Positions 1 to 12,257 of a stretch of DNA of 64,000 nt are shown in pieces. The DNA is from Paramecium tetraurelia (Eukaryota), in NCBI GenBank assembly GCA_000165425.1, contig CT868130.1:186001-250000 (forward strand), in the 5' to 3' direction. A program made the position numbers and the translations under genes. How positions within the stretch are numbered: the stretch's first letter is position 1; each line of letters starts with the position of its first letter. The notes beneath the pieces are model-generated. The model was not told the DNA's origin, made no database searches, and worked only from the letters and a program-made list of their open reading frames with translations.

Positions 1-188
1 AAAGAATTCAAACTAGATTTAGGAAGATTAAACAATATTTAAAAACTCAATCGAAAGTTATCAATAGCAGACAAGTTTAATTGAGCATCAAGGAATCTAG
101 CTTTATCGCTTCAAATCCTTTGTCACAAAATACAACTAGGCCTTTCATATCTACAGAAAGGAACTAAAACGCTAAAATGTTAGAGTGA
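1..188 (+). CDS. 3' end of a gene entering from the left, with a possible IQ-like motif
   Basis: Code-6 frame RIQTRFRKIKQYLKTQSK...NQNAKMLE ends at TGA 186-188 and is followed by an AT-rich gap. The frame choice is by composition only. Confidence 0.45.
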
Positions 189-307
189 ATGATCAATAAA
201 ATCATTAATAGCAATCTAGTTATTCTATAGCATTTACATTTAAGTTTAATTTTACTAAATTAAATTATAATTAAATAAATTAATAAATGAATCAGTCATC
301 CATTATC

Positions 308-1249
308 TCAATTAGCTTTTTATCTTATTGAACATCTCTTTGTAATTCTAGATCTATGGATGGACATCTAACAATCTGAAGCGATTTAATCCAACTTAAA
401 ATAGTGTTAGAAATTTGTTTCTATTTACTCAACACTTAGGAATTGTCTTTCACATTTAAATGAGAAATAAATCACTTATTCTTTAATTGATGTACTTTTA
501 TTTTATTCTGTAAATATTTTAATATCAACATTAGAAATAAATTCTTTTCCTTAATAATTTTTGATATTTGTGGCAAATCTAGACTCACCAATTATCTAAT
601 ATATTTTGTTTAGATCCCAACATTTAGGTAACAAATTGTGATTAAATATATAATCATCGATTATTTCTTGATTAATTCCCATCATTCTAAGAAAATCATA
701 GTTCCATTTTTTCTATATTTTGATTAGTTTGTTATTGTGAAACTACAAAGTGATACATTCATAAGGTAGATTTAATGAGTCTTCATATCTTTTTCTTTCA
801 TTTTACTACTAAGCTAATACTGGTAAACTATTGTATAATTGTAATAATTCATATTAATAAAAACTATTGTTTTTTTTAAGTTCATTTTCCTCTTCACAAG
901 AGTTTGTTGATGACAATTTGCACTCAACAAACTCTGGAGTAATTTTCCTTTCCAAAATTTTATTATTTATCGTAAATTCATCAATTTGTAATCTTCCCAA
1001 AGGAATTAGAATGTTTTGAATTGAACCACAGGATTGATCTAAATATTTGTTATGAGTGATTTCATAGGTCTATTATCTCAGTTTTCTATTATTTTGATAA
1101 GCTAAAATAATAGATTGCTCAGACTTTTTCTTCGTTTAGAGAGTTTACTTTTGTTATTTTTTTATTGTTCTGTTATGTATTTTTTCAAGGCCAGCCTCTT
1201 ACTTAAGCTAGCATTTAGGAGTGGAATGCATAGAATATATAGATGACAT
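308..1249 (-). CDS. hypothetical protein, ~313 aa, intronless
   Basis: Continuous code-6 ORF MSSIYSMHSTPKCQ...FLRMMGINQEIIDDY...RCSIRQKAN-TGA, 942 nt. Confidence 0.7.
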
Positions 1250-2469
1250 AAAGCTGAAATAATATAATAAATGATTTTAGTGTTAAAACTGGCAATTATG
1301 AATGCCAGTTTAAGTGTGTTAATTAAAATATATTACTAGGAAATATCAAGAAAAGATATGTAATTAATAAATAATTTATATTGATTAATACTTATTAATT
1401 ATATTGATTTTTAATAAATATGACAATTCAATAAGTATTGAAAGCCAAGTTGCATTCTTTTCTAAAAATTATGTCTATCTTTGCACTTTTTGATTATACT
1501 CTCCAACTTTGAGAAATTTACATAAAATTTTCAATTGTATAATTTTCAAGTCATTATTTTAATGAATTCAATTATATATTTTAAAATTACTTTTTAAATT
1601 ATCGCCTTCTTTCAGAGTTACGCTTGGGAAGTAATCTTCAATTTAAATACAATATCTCATGTAAATACCTTACATTAAGGTTTGAATTTTAAATAATAAA
1701 ATTTTAAATATTTAAAATTATTATACCAGAGAAATTAATTCACAATATTAATTTGAAATAGCAAATTAATTAAGTCATAAATAAAGAAAGTTCAATATTA
1801 TTCAAAAAATAAAAAGATCAATCCGAATTCAGATAAGTATTTTTCAAAAAAATAGCTCTCTAACTGATTAAAATAATATTAAATAATTTAGAAAGAGAAT
1901 CTTATTAACCCAATTTTATTTTAGAAATCCATTCTGCATATGTCTAAACCCTTAGAGATATTCTAAGTAATATCAAACTGTTTTTAAAGAACCTGCTTAT
2001 TAATTTTTACTTTAAGTAGATAAAAATCAAGACTTATTTTTCTAATATTTTATATGTTCTAATTTTTCATCTCAAATTTTAGTGATCCATCAGTATTTAA
2101 GCATAAATAGTAGTCTTTGTTCTCAACTATTATAATTGACATACTTAGGATTATTTTGAGTATCCCAAAGTTCAAGAATCCGATTTTGATTTACTTTATA
2201 TCAATTTAACATACTTTACATGTACTTCCAATTTACAAGTAAAATTATAAGGAAAATCAATAAAAAGTCTCCTCTATTAAATTACTTTCCAAATATGATG
2301 ATAGTATCCCAATATTTTCATTTAGCTATTTTAATTATAGGGAATTGAAAAATCGATTGATTTTATTAGATCAAATTTAAATTAGTAACATAGGAGTCAC
2401 AATATGTTGTTGCTATATATTCTTAAATCGAGATTAATTATTTTTTATAAAAATATTAAAATAAATAAA

Positions 2470-2722
2470 ATGGTCTTGGCAAAAGTAGCTTTAGGAACAG
2501 CTGGAGCAGTTACTCTCGGATATATATTTGTTCCACCTTTTAATAGAAAGCTAGAAAGAAATGTTCTTCGACCAATTAGGAATTATAGAAGACATTTATA
2601 GTAAGAAGATTCATTCAAAACTGAAGTAAAATGCACTTAAAATTTATTAGGAAGAATTTTATCAATTCTTAGGCAGTGTAGCCTTAGGCACTTTGAGAAT
2701 GTTTACAATCGAAAACGATTGA
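2470..2722 (+). CDS. small single-pass membrane protein, 75 aa
   Basis: MVLAKVALGTAGAVTLGYIFVPPFNRKLER... A 25-nt intron at 2626-2650 (GTAAAA..TTAG) restores the frame to ...EEFYQFLGSVALGTLRMFTIEND-TGA. Confidence 0.75.
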
Positions 2723-2782
2723 AGAATTATTATATATTAAATAATATCAATATTATTTCAAGAATGAGAAAGCTTCATTTCT

Positions 2783-3619
2783 CATGAAATAAGACAGAGA
2801 CTAATAAGCAAAGGATCATATTAATAAGATGAAGAATTCATAATAATAAATACTATATACATATAAAGAGAGGATAATCAAATCATAAGGATATGCTAAT
2901 CAATAAATTAAATCAAAAACTAATGAATAGAGATACTAAAGTACATTTTAAATTGGAATGAAAAATTGATAATCATTCAATTAAAGCGAAACTCAATTCT
3001 CCTTAAATAAATGAGTAGAGAAAAAATAAAGATTTATTTGTAGTTTATGAAAATATTTGGAGCAAGAATAAGTAATCAATAAAACTAAAATCACAAAAGC
3101 ATTAAAAATAAATGTTCGCATAATTTAGAAGTCTGGTCTAATTCATATATTCAGATTTTTTATTTAATTTGAAACCAAAACTCATCGACTAAAACTATAA
3201 ACAATCAAAATTCAATTTTGTAAGTGTATATTTATAAATGGCAATTTTTATCAAGCTGAAAATAAATTTGCAACAACTTTCTTAATGAATTCATGATCTA
3301 TAAGTTTATAAGACATTTACTTACAATAATAAAATAAATTCTAAAACAATATATCTAATAATTTTTAATTTATTATATATCCAACAAATAGAAGCAAAAA
3401 ATTTATTAAATCTCTAGTTTATAAAGAATAGAAATAATTGATTCAAAACTCATGTCTATTTCCATTGAAATTTAAAGTGATCTTTCAGGAACAATCGCAA
3501 TACAATTTAATAAAACAAAAGATGTTGAAGAAGAGAGATCTAATCTTCTAATTAATTTACCCTTCTAAAATCAATTCAATTATATGAAAAGTTACTTAAA
3601 TAATAATGATTTTGGGTGA
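2783..3619 (+). pseudogene. hypothetical gene or decayed pseudogene
   Basis: The 3' part reads like coding sequence (SGTIAIQFNKTKDVEEERSNLL...NNNDFG-TGA), but the 5' frames are interrupted by TGA. Start uncertain. Confidence 0.3.
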
Positions 3620-4024
3620 ATTTCTGCCTTCATTCAATTACATAACTTAACTAATTTTAATAGCTTTATTTATCAAACTAATTCACTATTTTAAATCACC
3701 TTAAAGTAAAGTTGGGATTAGAATAAAAATTAAAATCTAACTAATCACTCCTTATAGTTGTAATTGAATCCAAATACTAATATTCATTGTATTTTCTTGA
3801 ATTTAATATTATTCTTGTTATTCTTTTCTTTGATGCATAGATATATCGTATGTTTTAAAATAAAATATATAAATATATTAGTTCCCTTTGAATTGTTATG
3901 ACTCTATAATTCTAAATCGAGGATATTTTTTATATAATTAGTATAAAAAATATAATTAAAATTGAGTATCAAAATTTGTGAATTGTATTTACGGAGCGCA
4001 TTTTTTATTTTAAATAATAAATTT

Positions 4025-4379
4025 ATGACAGAAAATCCAACTAGTTTTTAGAGAATAAATGCAGACATGATATCAAAATTCAAAGGGTAATATGTGACAC
4101 TTGTTGGAAAATTAATTTAAAGCAAAGGTGATTACGTTGAATTTAGTGTAGATGGAAGTAAAAATATATTTTTATGTAGCAATTGTAAAAGTAACAGAGA
4201 TTGAAGAAGTTCCAGAAAGTACTGAAGATATCCTTTTGGAAATAAGAGGCAAATTAAATGAGGATGGTTATTTAGAAGCAAAAGAATTTACAGAATTAGA
4301 TCAAACATTTGATTTCGAACTATATAAGAAAGTGATAAATATGGTTTAAGGATAATTTAGAGAGTTATTTTATGACTGA
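4025..4379 (+). CDS. RPA3: replication protein A 14 kDa subunit (RPA3 family OB fold), 110 aa
   Basis: MTENPTSFQRINADMISKFKGQYVTLVGKL...LLEIRGKL...FDFELYKKVINMVQGQFRELF fits the RPA14 pattern. A 22-nt intron at 4158-4179 gives 111 codons. Confidence 0.85.
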
Positions 4380-4847
4380 TTTAATTAATATTCAATTGGT
4401 ATAAACACTTAGAATTATTTCTTGAATTTAGCAGTGCTAGATTTACAATTTTTAGCGCTTATAATAAAAACCTTATAAATTCATTTTTTTTTCTATTTGC
4501 GAATAAAACCTTAGAGATTTATGTCAAATTTATGGCTTCTAATCGAATTTTACTATTCACTATTCCATCAAATTTTAATTATTTAATTTTTATTAAGCTA
4601 TAATATTTTTTATTTGAATAATAACATATTAAGTTAAGATGAATAGTTATTTTTTGATCTTTTCTTTACATTAACAATTTTCTTGGGTTTAAGCAAATTT
4701 CAAAGTACTTTTAATAAATTTTGACAAATACTTTGTGATTTTGATCAAATAAAGTAAATGTACTAACAGTAAATTGATTAATTATCTTAGATATCTCAAG
4801 AAATTATTAGGTTAATCAAATATATAAATAATTTTTAGGAAAATTGA

Positions 4848-5384
4848 ATGAATTTTTAGAACACCATATTTTTTTTGCTGTTATTTTATAATGTCTAAAC
4901 AGCCATAGAGACGCCATGCACGTTGAGAGAGTAGAAAATGAGAAAAATTTTGAGAGGAAACTCTAAAAATGTGTTATCCTTTCAAAGTGGTGGCTTACTC
5001 ACCACAGCAAGGATTAATTATTATTAACCTGGTTTTTATAGTAGTATCCCAACCAGAGATACTATTTATATAGTAAATTTTTTATTTGGATTTACATATT
5101 GTGCACTAACTTAGTCATTGGAATTTCGAACAATGTAATCTTATGAGATAAACACAGTTTTCTTAAGTTTGTGGGATTACACATATAGAACATACAATTT
5201 TTAGGTTTTTATTAGTTTCAATGGGATTGAAAACCTAGTATTTGACAGTTTAGCGGCTACAGGAAGTATTTACATAAAATTCGCAGAATAACAAGTCGAT
5301 ACAATTCGATATTATAATAGAGGAGGAAGCACTGATAACTTTGCACTAATTTTAATTAAAGTTGAAGCATTCTATAAACGTTGA
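4848..5384 (+). CDS. secreted protein, 178 aa, possibly a galactose-binding/discoidin-like beta-sandwich
   Basis: Signal-peptide-like start MNFQNTIFFLLLFYNVQTA and C-terminal YEINTVFLSLWDY..YNFQVFIS..RYYNRGGST..LIKVEAFYKR-TGA. Intronless, 537 nt. The fold call is inference. Confidence 0.7.
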
Positions 5385-5478
5385 AGCAAGCAGAAATTTA
5401 ATTGATCATTTTAATTTAATTAATTATCTAATTTTTAAATTTCAAAAAGTTTAAGATTTATTAATATAATATCCAATA

Positions 5479-6753
5479 ATGAAGAATGAGAAATAGGAAT
5501 CTATTTTGTTGAATTTGATTATAAATAACTAGAATTTTATTAATTAATAAAATTGTAAAATATAAAATATATTAATTAGTGTATGTAAGACCTTATATAA
5601 TTTAAAGCTTATTAGATTTGGCTAGCACTTTGTGCTATTATAATAATAATAGGATTAAGGAAGGAATATTAAAACATAATGCTAAGGGATCTGGAACAAA
5701 TATAAGAATTGGAGCTTCCATAATAAAATGTTGAAAATCAGCAAAACAATCAAGTACAATAATTTACAGATTTACCAAAAAATTGATTTCTAAATGTTAA
5801 TATATTTAATATAATTATTATGAAATTTTGGTCAAATATTACTAGAATTGCGAGTAAGATAAAGGAAAAGTGTTTGAGTCTAATCAAGCCTCCTGATCCT
5901 TTATAAGGCTTAAAAGAATAATTATAAGATATTAATTAAATGGAGGATTAATATTAAGAAATAAAAAATAAATTAGATGAACTTTCATTGGAAAGTTAAG
6001 AAACAACAAAATTGCAAAATGAGGACAATTAAATACCAAAAGGGAGTGAGAATTACAAGATTGCAATTAAATAAGGTTATTAATTTGGCTTATTTTAGTC
6101 TATTCGACTTTGACAAAAAAATAAAGGGAATTTTACAATTTGTTAACGGAAGAGGAGTACTATATAGTTTTAGCAGCTCTGAAAACACCATAATACTCTA
6201 GGTTGAAACCAGGAGTTTGGTTAAACGATGAAGTAATCACATTAAATATAATTGTTAGATTATTAAATGACTTTACAAAATTGTTAAGACTTCAAAAATG
6301 GGACTGTCATCTTAAAACTCATTTTAATTTGATTTATTAATAAATGCTGATGATAATAAGTTCAAAAGAATAACTTCAAAGGCCAAAATAGATCAAAATA
6401 CTAAATAAATACTAGCTCCTTTTAATTAAAATAATGTACATTGGTATACTTTTTAAATTGACTTCGAATAATCAGTTATCACCATATATGATAGTATGAA
6501 AAGAAGTAACTATCCTTAATTGTTCCACAATCTTGTCGAAATAGCATAGAGAATAAAGAACTAAGAATATGAACTAAAAGTCGCTAATTGCCCATAACAA
6601 AGCAACACACATGATTGTGGAGTTTTTACTTTAAAAAACATATGGATATTATCGAAATATCCAAAAGCGAAGTTATAAGGTTACTACGATTAATCAACAA
6701 TCTTTTATGACAGAATACTAATTTGCAATTCCTTATTAAAGAAAAAGATATGA
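5479..6753 (+). CDS. Ulp1/SENP family SUMO protease (peptidase C48), locally disrupted; start uncertain
   Basis: Motifs LKPGVWLNDE, PFNQNNVHWY, ITIYDSM and CPQQSNTHDCGVF supply the His-Asp-Cys triad and oxyanion Gln. Intron at 6233-6258. In-frame TGA at 6268-6270. Confidence 0.8.
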
Positions 6754-6833
6754 TTGCTGCTTATATGCTGTATATAATTATATAAATATTGCAAAAAGCT
6801 TAATAATATATCTAATCAACTTAATAAAATTAA

Positions 6834-9150
6834 TCATAATTAATTGTGTAGCATCATTTTAATCCTTTCGTCATAAGTAAAAGTTTATTGTTATGACACA
6901 ATGTTTTTAACAAATTAAAATTCAAGTTAAAGAAACTATTAGATTAATGCAGTGTTTGTCAACAATTGTTATGATATATCTTCTGATTTGTCTGGTAACC
7001 AATAATAATGATCCTGATTCCAATCAATCACAGCAATGGCTTCTAAGACCTAAGAATATAATAAATTGTTACCGGATCCTATCTTAATAAAAAATTGTAT
7101 CCCACATCTGTTGGTTTTTTATCCTCTACAGATGTGATGAACTTCTTGATAATCTTTTATTAATCAGAGTTCAAGGCTTTCTTGTTAGCCCTCTTCTTCA
7201 AGTCTTTTATAATGATAAAAATTTATTAATGAACCAAGTCTTATTGGTTAATATATGGCCAATAAGCCATAATCCACTAAATATGATCCCAAAATTAGCA
7301 ATAATTTGATTACTAATGAAATTTAAATGTCAAAATAGCCAAATGAACCATTAAAGCCTTTAAAATTTCTTAATTGAGATGTGCAATAATATTATTTTAA
7401 CAACTATCATAAATTAATCGAATAGAATTAAGAGCTAATAAATTCTTCTCTTAAAGAATGCATTCTAAAGAATAGGTTAATACTTTAGTAAGTTACTCAT
7501 ATTAAACATAATCTGTCAATCTGATTTGCATGTACTGCATATCTTTCTTATTGACTGTTAATTAAGTGGGAGCCTTTTATGGTTGATTTTAAAGTAACAC
7601 ACTTAACTTTTAAGCAAAGGCATTCATATTCTTAATATCTTAGATTGATTAACCTGTAACATCTCTTATGCTACAATCCAATATTTACCATTTAACATAA
7701 TCATCAATTTTTTTCTAAGTAAAGCAGAGGAAAGTAGCGAAATTATTCAGATGTGGCACTTAAATAGTATTTTTTTGCTGAACCAATTGAATCACAATAT
7801 TCAATCTTGTCAGATATTATTAGAATACTTCTTCTGCCTATTATTATTATTTTAAGAATAGCAATTCCTGATCAACTTTTTGATTGAATTGAACAGCATA
7901 TTACTAGAGGTCTTTTCTAATTAAGGATTCATAAGGTTTCCTATCATCCATATCCAAAAGATTTCCCTAACCCCCTGTAAAACTATAATCACTTTTGAGA
8001 TTCTTGTCTTGATAAACCAAATATACGACAGTGTCTGGAGAATATTGCATTTCTATTTCAAATTTCTTTCTCACTTCTGCAAATCCATCTTCAAAAAAAA
8101 AGCATTGCTCATTGTTTTTGATGTACACGCATTCATAATCGCCATCATAAACAATAACAGCATGTAAGTTATATTCTACCTTATTGAAACTACCCATTAT
8201 TTATTTAATTTGTTAATCCATTTTGTGAAGCTCTTCTTTTAATTTTTCTAATTCCTAATTTGCTTCCATGATCAAGGATATAAATCCCACTATTGCTGGA
8301 TCTCCATCAATCAATTCTGCTCTTTACTCTTATATAATGTCAATCGTCATTTGCAAGATCGAAGGAATACTTTATGAGGTTTGTTAATAATTTTCAATAT
8401 TTTTAATTTTTTGAGCAATTTCTTCTCTCTTCATTGTTAATTCTTTGATATCAGATTAATGTTGTTTAATTGTTCCTTTGTTAGAATACATAAATTAATC
8501 CAAATATATTGTTGGCATTAATACCAAATTTTATTTCCGTGTAATTTCAAATTACAAAACTCTTGGTAACTCTTTTATTGAACAATCTTCTTACTCAAAT
8601 TTCTTTTACAATCCTTCCATAAACGATTCCTCATCTAAATCAATCTTAATCAAATTAAATGTTGTTTCGTCATTTCCTTTTATGAATTTACCAATAAACA
8701 ATTCTCTAATTGGATGCTCTTCCACCAATTAATTAAGCATGGTTCTGTATTTTGAAATTGATTCATCAACTTTCTCGAAGAATCTCACTAAAAACTCTTC
8801 AACACTTTTAAATCTAGTATTATAATCATCCTTCATAAATTAATAAACCTCTTAAGCTGATGTGTCCTTTTTCTTGCAATATATCAATTACACAAATAAC
8901 TTTTGCAATAGCAAAGTCACACCTTCTTCACTTATAATGGAATCCTATATTTATATTATCTTCATACATCGTACTGTAAAATTTACTCCGCAAAAGATGG
9001 AAGATGAAAATATGTCAACATGAAGCAATCAAAAAGTTGAAATTAAGGGGATCTCTTAAGAGCTATAGGTACTCCACTTTTTCTCATCTTCAGATCTATT
9101 TTAGATTGCATTTTTGTTGGAGTGTCAAATTTGGTTGGACTTTGATTCAT
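6834..9150 (-). CDS. USP/UBP-fold protein (USP25/28/Ubp2-like layout) lacking catalytic residues
   Basis: Cys-box region GVPIALKRSPQFQLFDCFMLTYFHLPSF, then IKELPRVLQFEITRK, then His-box region YNLHAVIVYDGDYECVYIKNN..FFEDG..VYLVYQ. Introns at 8945-8967 and ~7050-7072. Confidence 0.75.
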
Positions 9151-10121
9151 ATAATTATGGATTATTTTTAATTTTTAGTATTAAATAAAATCAAAAAAAA
9201 ATCAAAAATATGTTTAAATGGACAAACTAATTGAACATAGTTTTTTAGTTGAATCTATCATCACGTTAATATTAAAATCACTCAAAATAAATAAATAATG
9301 GTATTCATATTATGATCTAAATTTAATTATCATATAATATTTTTAATTTCTTAATTTTGACATAATGATTTTATAGATGTTTCGCAAACATTATGCTATT
9401 CAATAGTAAGGATTATCCTACATTATGAAGAAAATAAGTTAAAAATAAATAAAATTGTATTTTTATTAAATAGACAGAGTCTTTCACATTTAAATTTTAT
9501 AATAGAAATCCTTTTCTGCAAATATATATGTTCTAAATATAACTCTGATTCAATCAAATTACTTAATTATTAAGATAGATTTTTAAAATTAGATAGATAA
9601 TTTATTGAAATAAATAGATTTTAATTTCTTTAATAGATAAAATAAAGTTGATTTTTTGATATTAGATTAAATTTTACAGCAATCCACGAAGTTGCTATAA
9701 GTAAGCCGTCTATTTTATAATGGAGGTTTTGAATTTTTAAAAAAAATCGTCAATTAAATATGCGGTAAGTTAAATATTGACGATTTCATCAAATTGCTTT
9801 GATTTATAGTATAAAAAATGAAGATAAAAATGGGACATACTTTCAAAATTAAAATAGATTCTTACAGATATAAATAGAATTTAGAATAATTATAGATTTA
9901 TTATTTATTGCATTAAAATATTGTGAGATTACACTTTGATAAAAATGGAATCTCAATTGGGATATATTTATAGCATTTTTATGTGAATTTAAAAATTTGG
10001 CATAAAATAATTTGAATTATTTTTATATTAGGTATTAAAAAAGAAGAAAGTAGGAACATTAAATTTTTGTTTCAAAGTTTATAGGTATGTTTAAAATAAC
10101 TTATATTATGTTAATTATTTG

Positions 10122-10762
10122 TCATTAAATTTATTCTTGCTTAAGATCTGATAATGATTCAGGCTCTCCTTGTTATTGCGATTATTCATTTGATTTATAA
10201 AAAGCTCTATCCTTCACTAGTTCTGGATGTTTAAGTTTTATGTGCTAGTTGAGAGACCCTTCAGCTCTAGGAAACACTTATTAAGGAGTTTTACCCGTAT
10301 TTCTTTTAGCAATTATCAACAGGACAAGTAAAATGTCTTTCGATTTCTTATGCTGGCCTTCTCAATCTTTTCTTTCTTTCTTCTCCAGTTTCTTCAACAT
10401 TCGAATTGAGCTCTTGATTTCGACGCTTGAATTTTGGTGATATTAAAAATTACTTCTAATTTATTTAATTTAGTGACTAGTTCATTCTTTTCATTCAAAA
10501 GTTCTTTTAACTAATATAAATTCTAAAGAGTACTTAATTTGTTAAGACGACATTAGCTATGTATAGATCTCAGATATTCATTGTAGTATTCTAAATTTTG
10601 ATCTTATTGTGGAACTAAGATTTGAATATGTTTGTACCTTGTTGTTCATCCTATCCAGCAACATAATTTTGAAATCTCAAAGGTTCATCACCCATAATAA
10701 ATTTTTAATTCTCGCCATCAGATCTAAAGGTATGAATATGTAAAATACTTTGCATTACTCAT
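10122..10762 (-). CDS. C2H2 zinc-finger protein with an upstream coiled coil (probable transcription factor)
   Basis: KRLRRPAQEIERHFTCPVDNCQKKYGSEGSLNQHIKLKHP. Several 23-27 nt introns. One apparent extra base near 10570. Confidence 0.8.
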
Positions 10763-10984
10763 TTTATATATAATTATTAATTTTTTTTATTAATAATTTG
10801 CTAAACTTAAATTAAATTAAGAATTAAGGAAGAAGAAAGATATCGTTTTCATTCATTTTAAAATGAGGGGAATTCGAATTCGGTATAAAATCGAAAATCA
10901 CATAATTAAAGTTAATATTTGAGTGTGAAACAAAATAAAACTATATAATTCTAAAATATAATTATTAATTTAACGGATATATAT

Positions 10985-12204
10985 ATGGACAGATTTATTC
11001 CGAAAAGTAAATCGAAATTGTTGTATCAATCACACACTTAATCAAATTATAATGATGTACTTGAATTCAATATCCTAGTTATTGTATCATATAAATGAGG
11101 AAAAAGTGCTGAATTTTGGAAATCAAAAATAACAGCAGAATTATCCAATATCATTTTTAGACTAGTTACATAATTAATACAGATTGCCTACCTAATAAAC
11201 TGTTAGGTAAATTAGTTCAGTCCCTGAGAAAATATTGGATGCACCAGATATTGCAGATGACTTCTATCTCAATATTTTGGAATGGGGCAATAACAATGTG
11301 TTATCTGTGGGATTGCAAAATAAAGTTTATTTATGGAATGCTTCAAATTGTAACTTAATATAACTATAAAATAGAGCACATTGAATAACTTTTATAAGCA
11401 ACTTCGAATGTTACAGCAGTTCATTGGATCAATGATCATATTTTAGGAGTAGGATTTGATGATGCCTCCATTAAGATAGTGGATGTTTGTTCCTAATAAA
11501 CAATAACCTAGTTATATTATCATAATGAGAGAGTGTCAACGATGAGTAGCAGTTTTGAATTATTGTCAACTTCTGGTAGAGATAACGTTATTTTCAATCA
11601 TGATCTAAGAGAGAAGAATAATAATGTTGTAGGCGTATTTCAGAAACACACTTAAGAAGTTTGTGGATTGAAATGGAATTCCTCTGGAACTACTTTAAGC
11701 AGTGGAGCAAATGACAATTAACTCTTATTATGGGATAAAAGGCAAATGTCTTTGCGTTTATCATGTGAAGGTCATTGTGCAGCTGTCAAAGCTATGGCAT
11801 GGTGCCCATGGTTGCCAAACATCTTAGTTAGTGGAGGAGGTTCCAATGACAAAAACATCAAGTTTTGGAATTCCGATACAGGTTTATGTTTCAAAAGCAT
11901 AGACACTGGATCATAAGTTTGTGCCTTATAGTTTTTACCAAGATATAGAGAACTGATATCATCACATGGGTTTTCCAAATTCTAAATTAGTATATGGAAT
12001 GCTGAAGTAATTCAATAGGCCAAATTGGTCCAAGAACTTTAAGCTCACAAATCGAGGGTGTTGCATTTAGGCATATCTCCTGATTAGTCTATGTTATGTT
12101 CTGCTGCTGGGGATGAAACTTTGATATTTTGGAGACTTGGAACTGAGTAAAATAATTAAGATAAGTAAGAAATGTGTTCCAGCAAAAATCTATTTCTCAG
12201 ATGA
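10985..12204 (+). CDS. CDC20: Cdc20/Fizzy family APC/C activator (WD40), 390 aa
   Basis: C-box [59 protein letters not shown] and a C-terminal ...LFLR (IR-tail variant). Introns at 11057-11078 and 11350-11374. Confidence 0.92.
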
Positions 12205-12257
12205 TATTATATAATTACTACCTTATAAATAATTTAATAATTAATTATCTTTCTATA

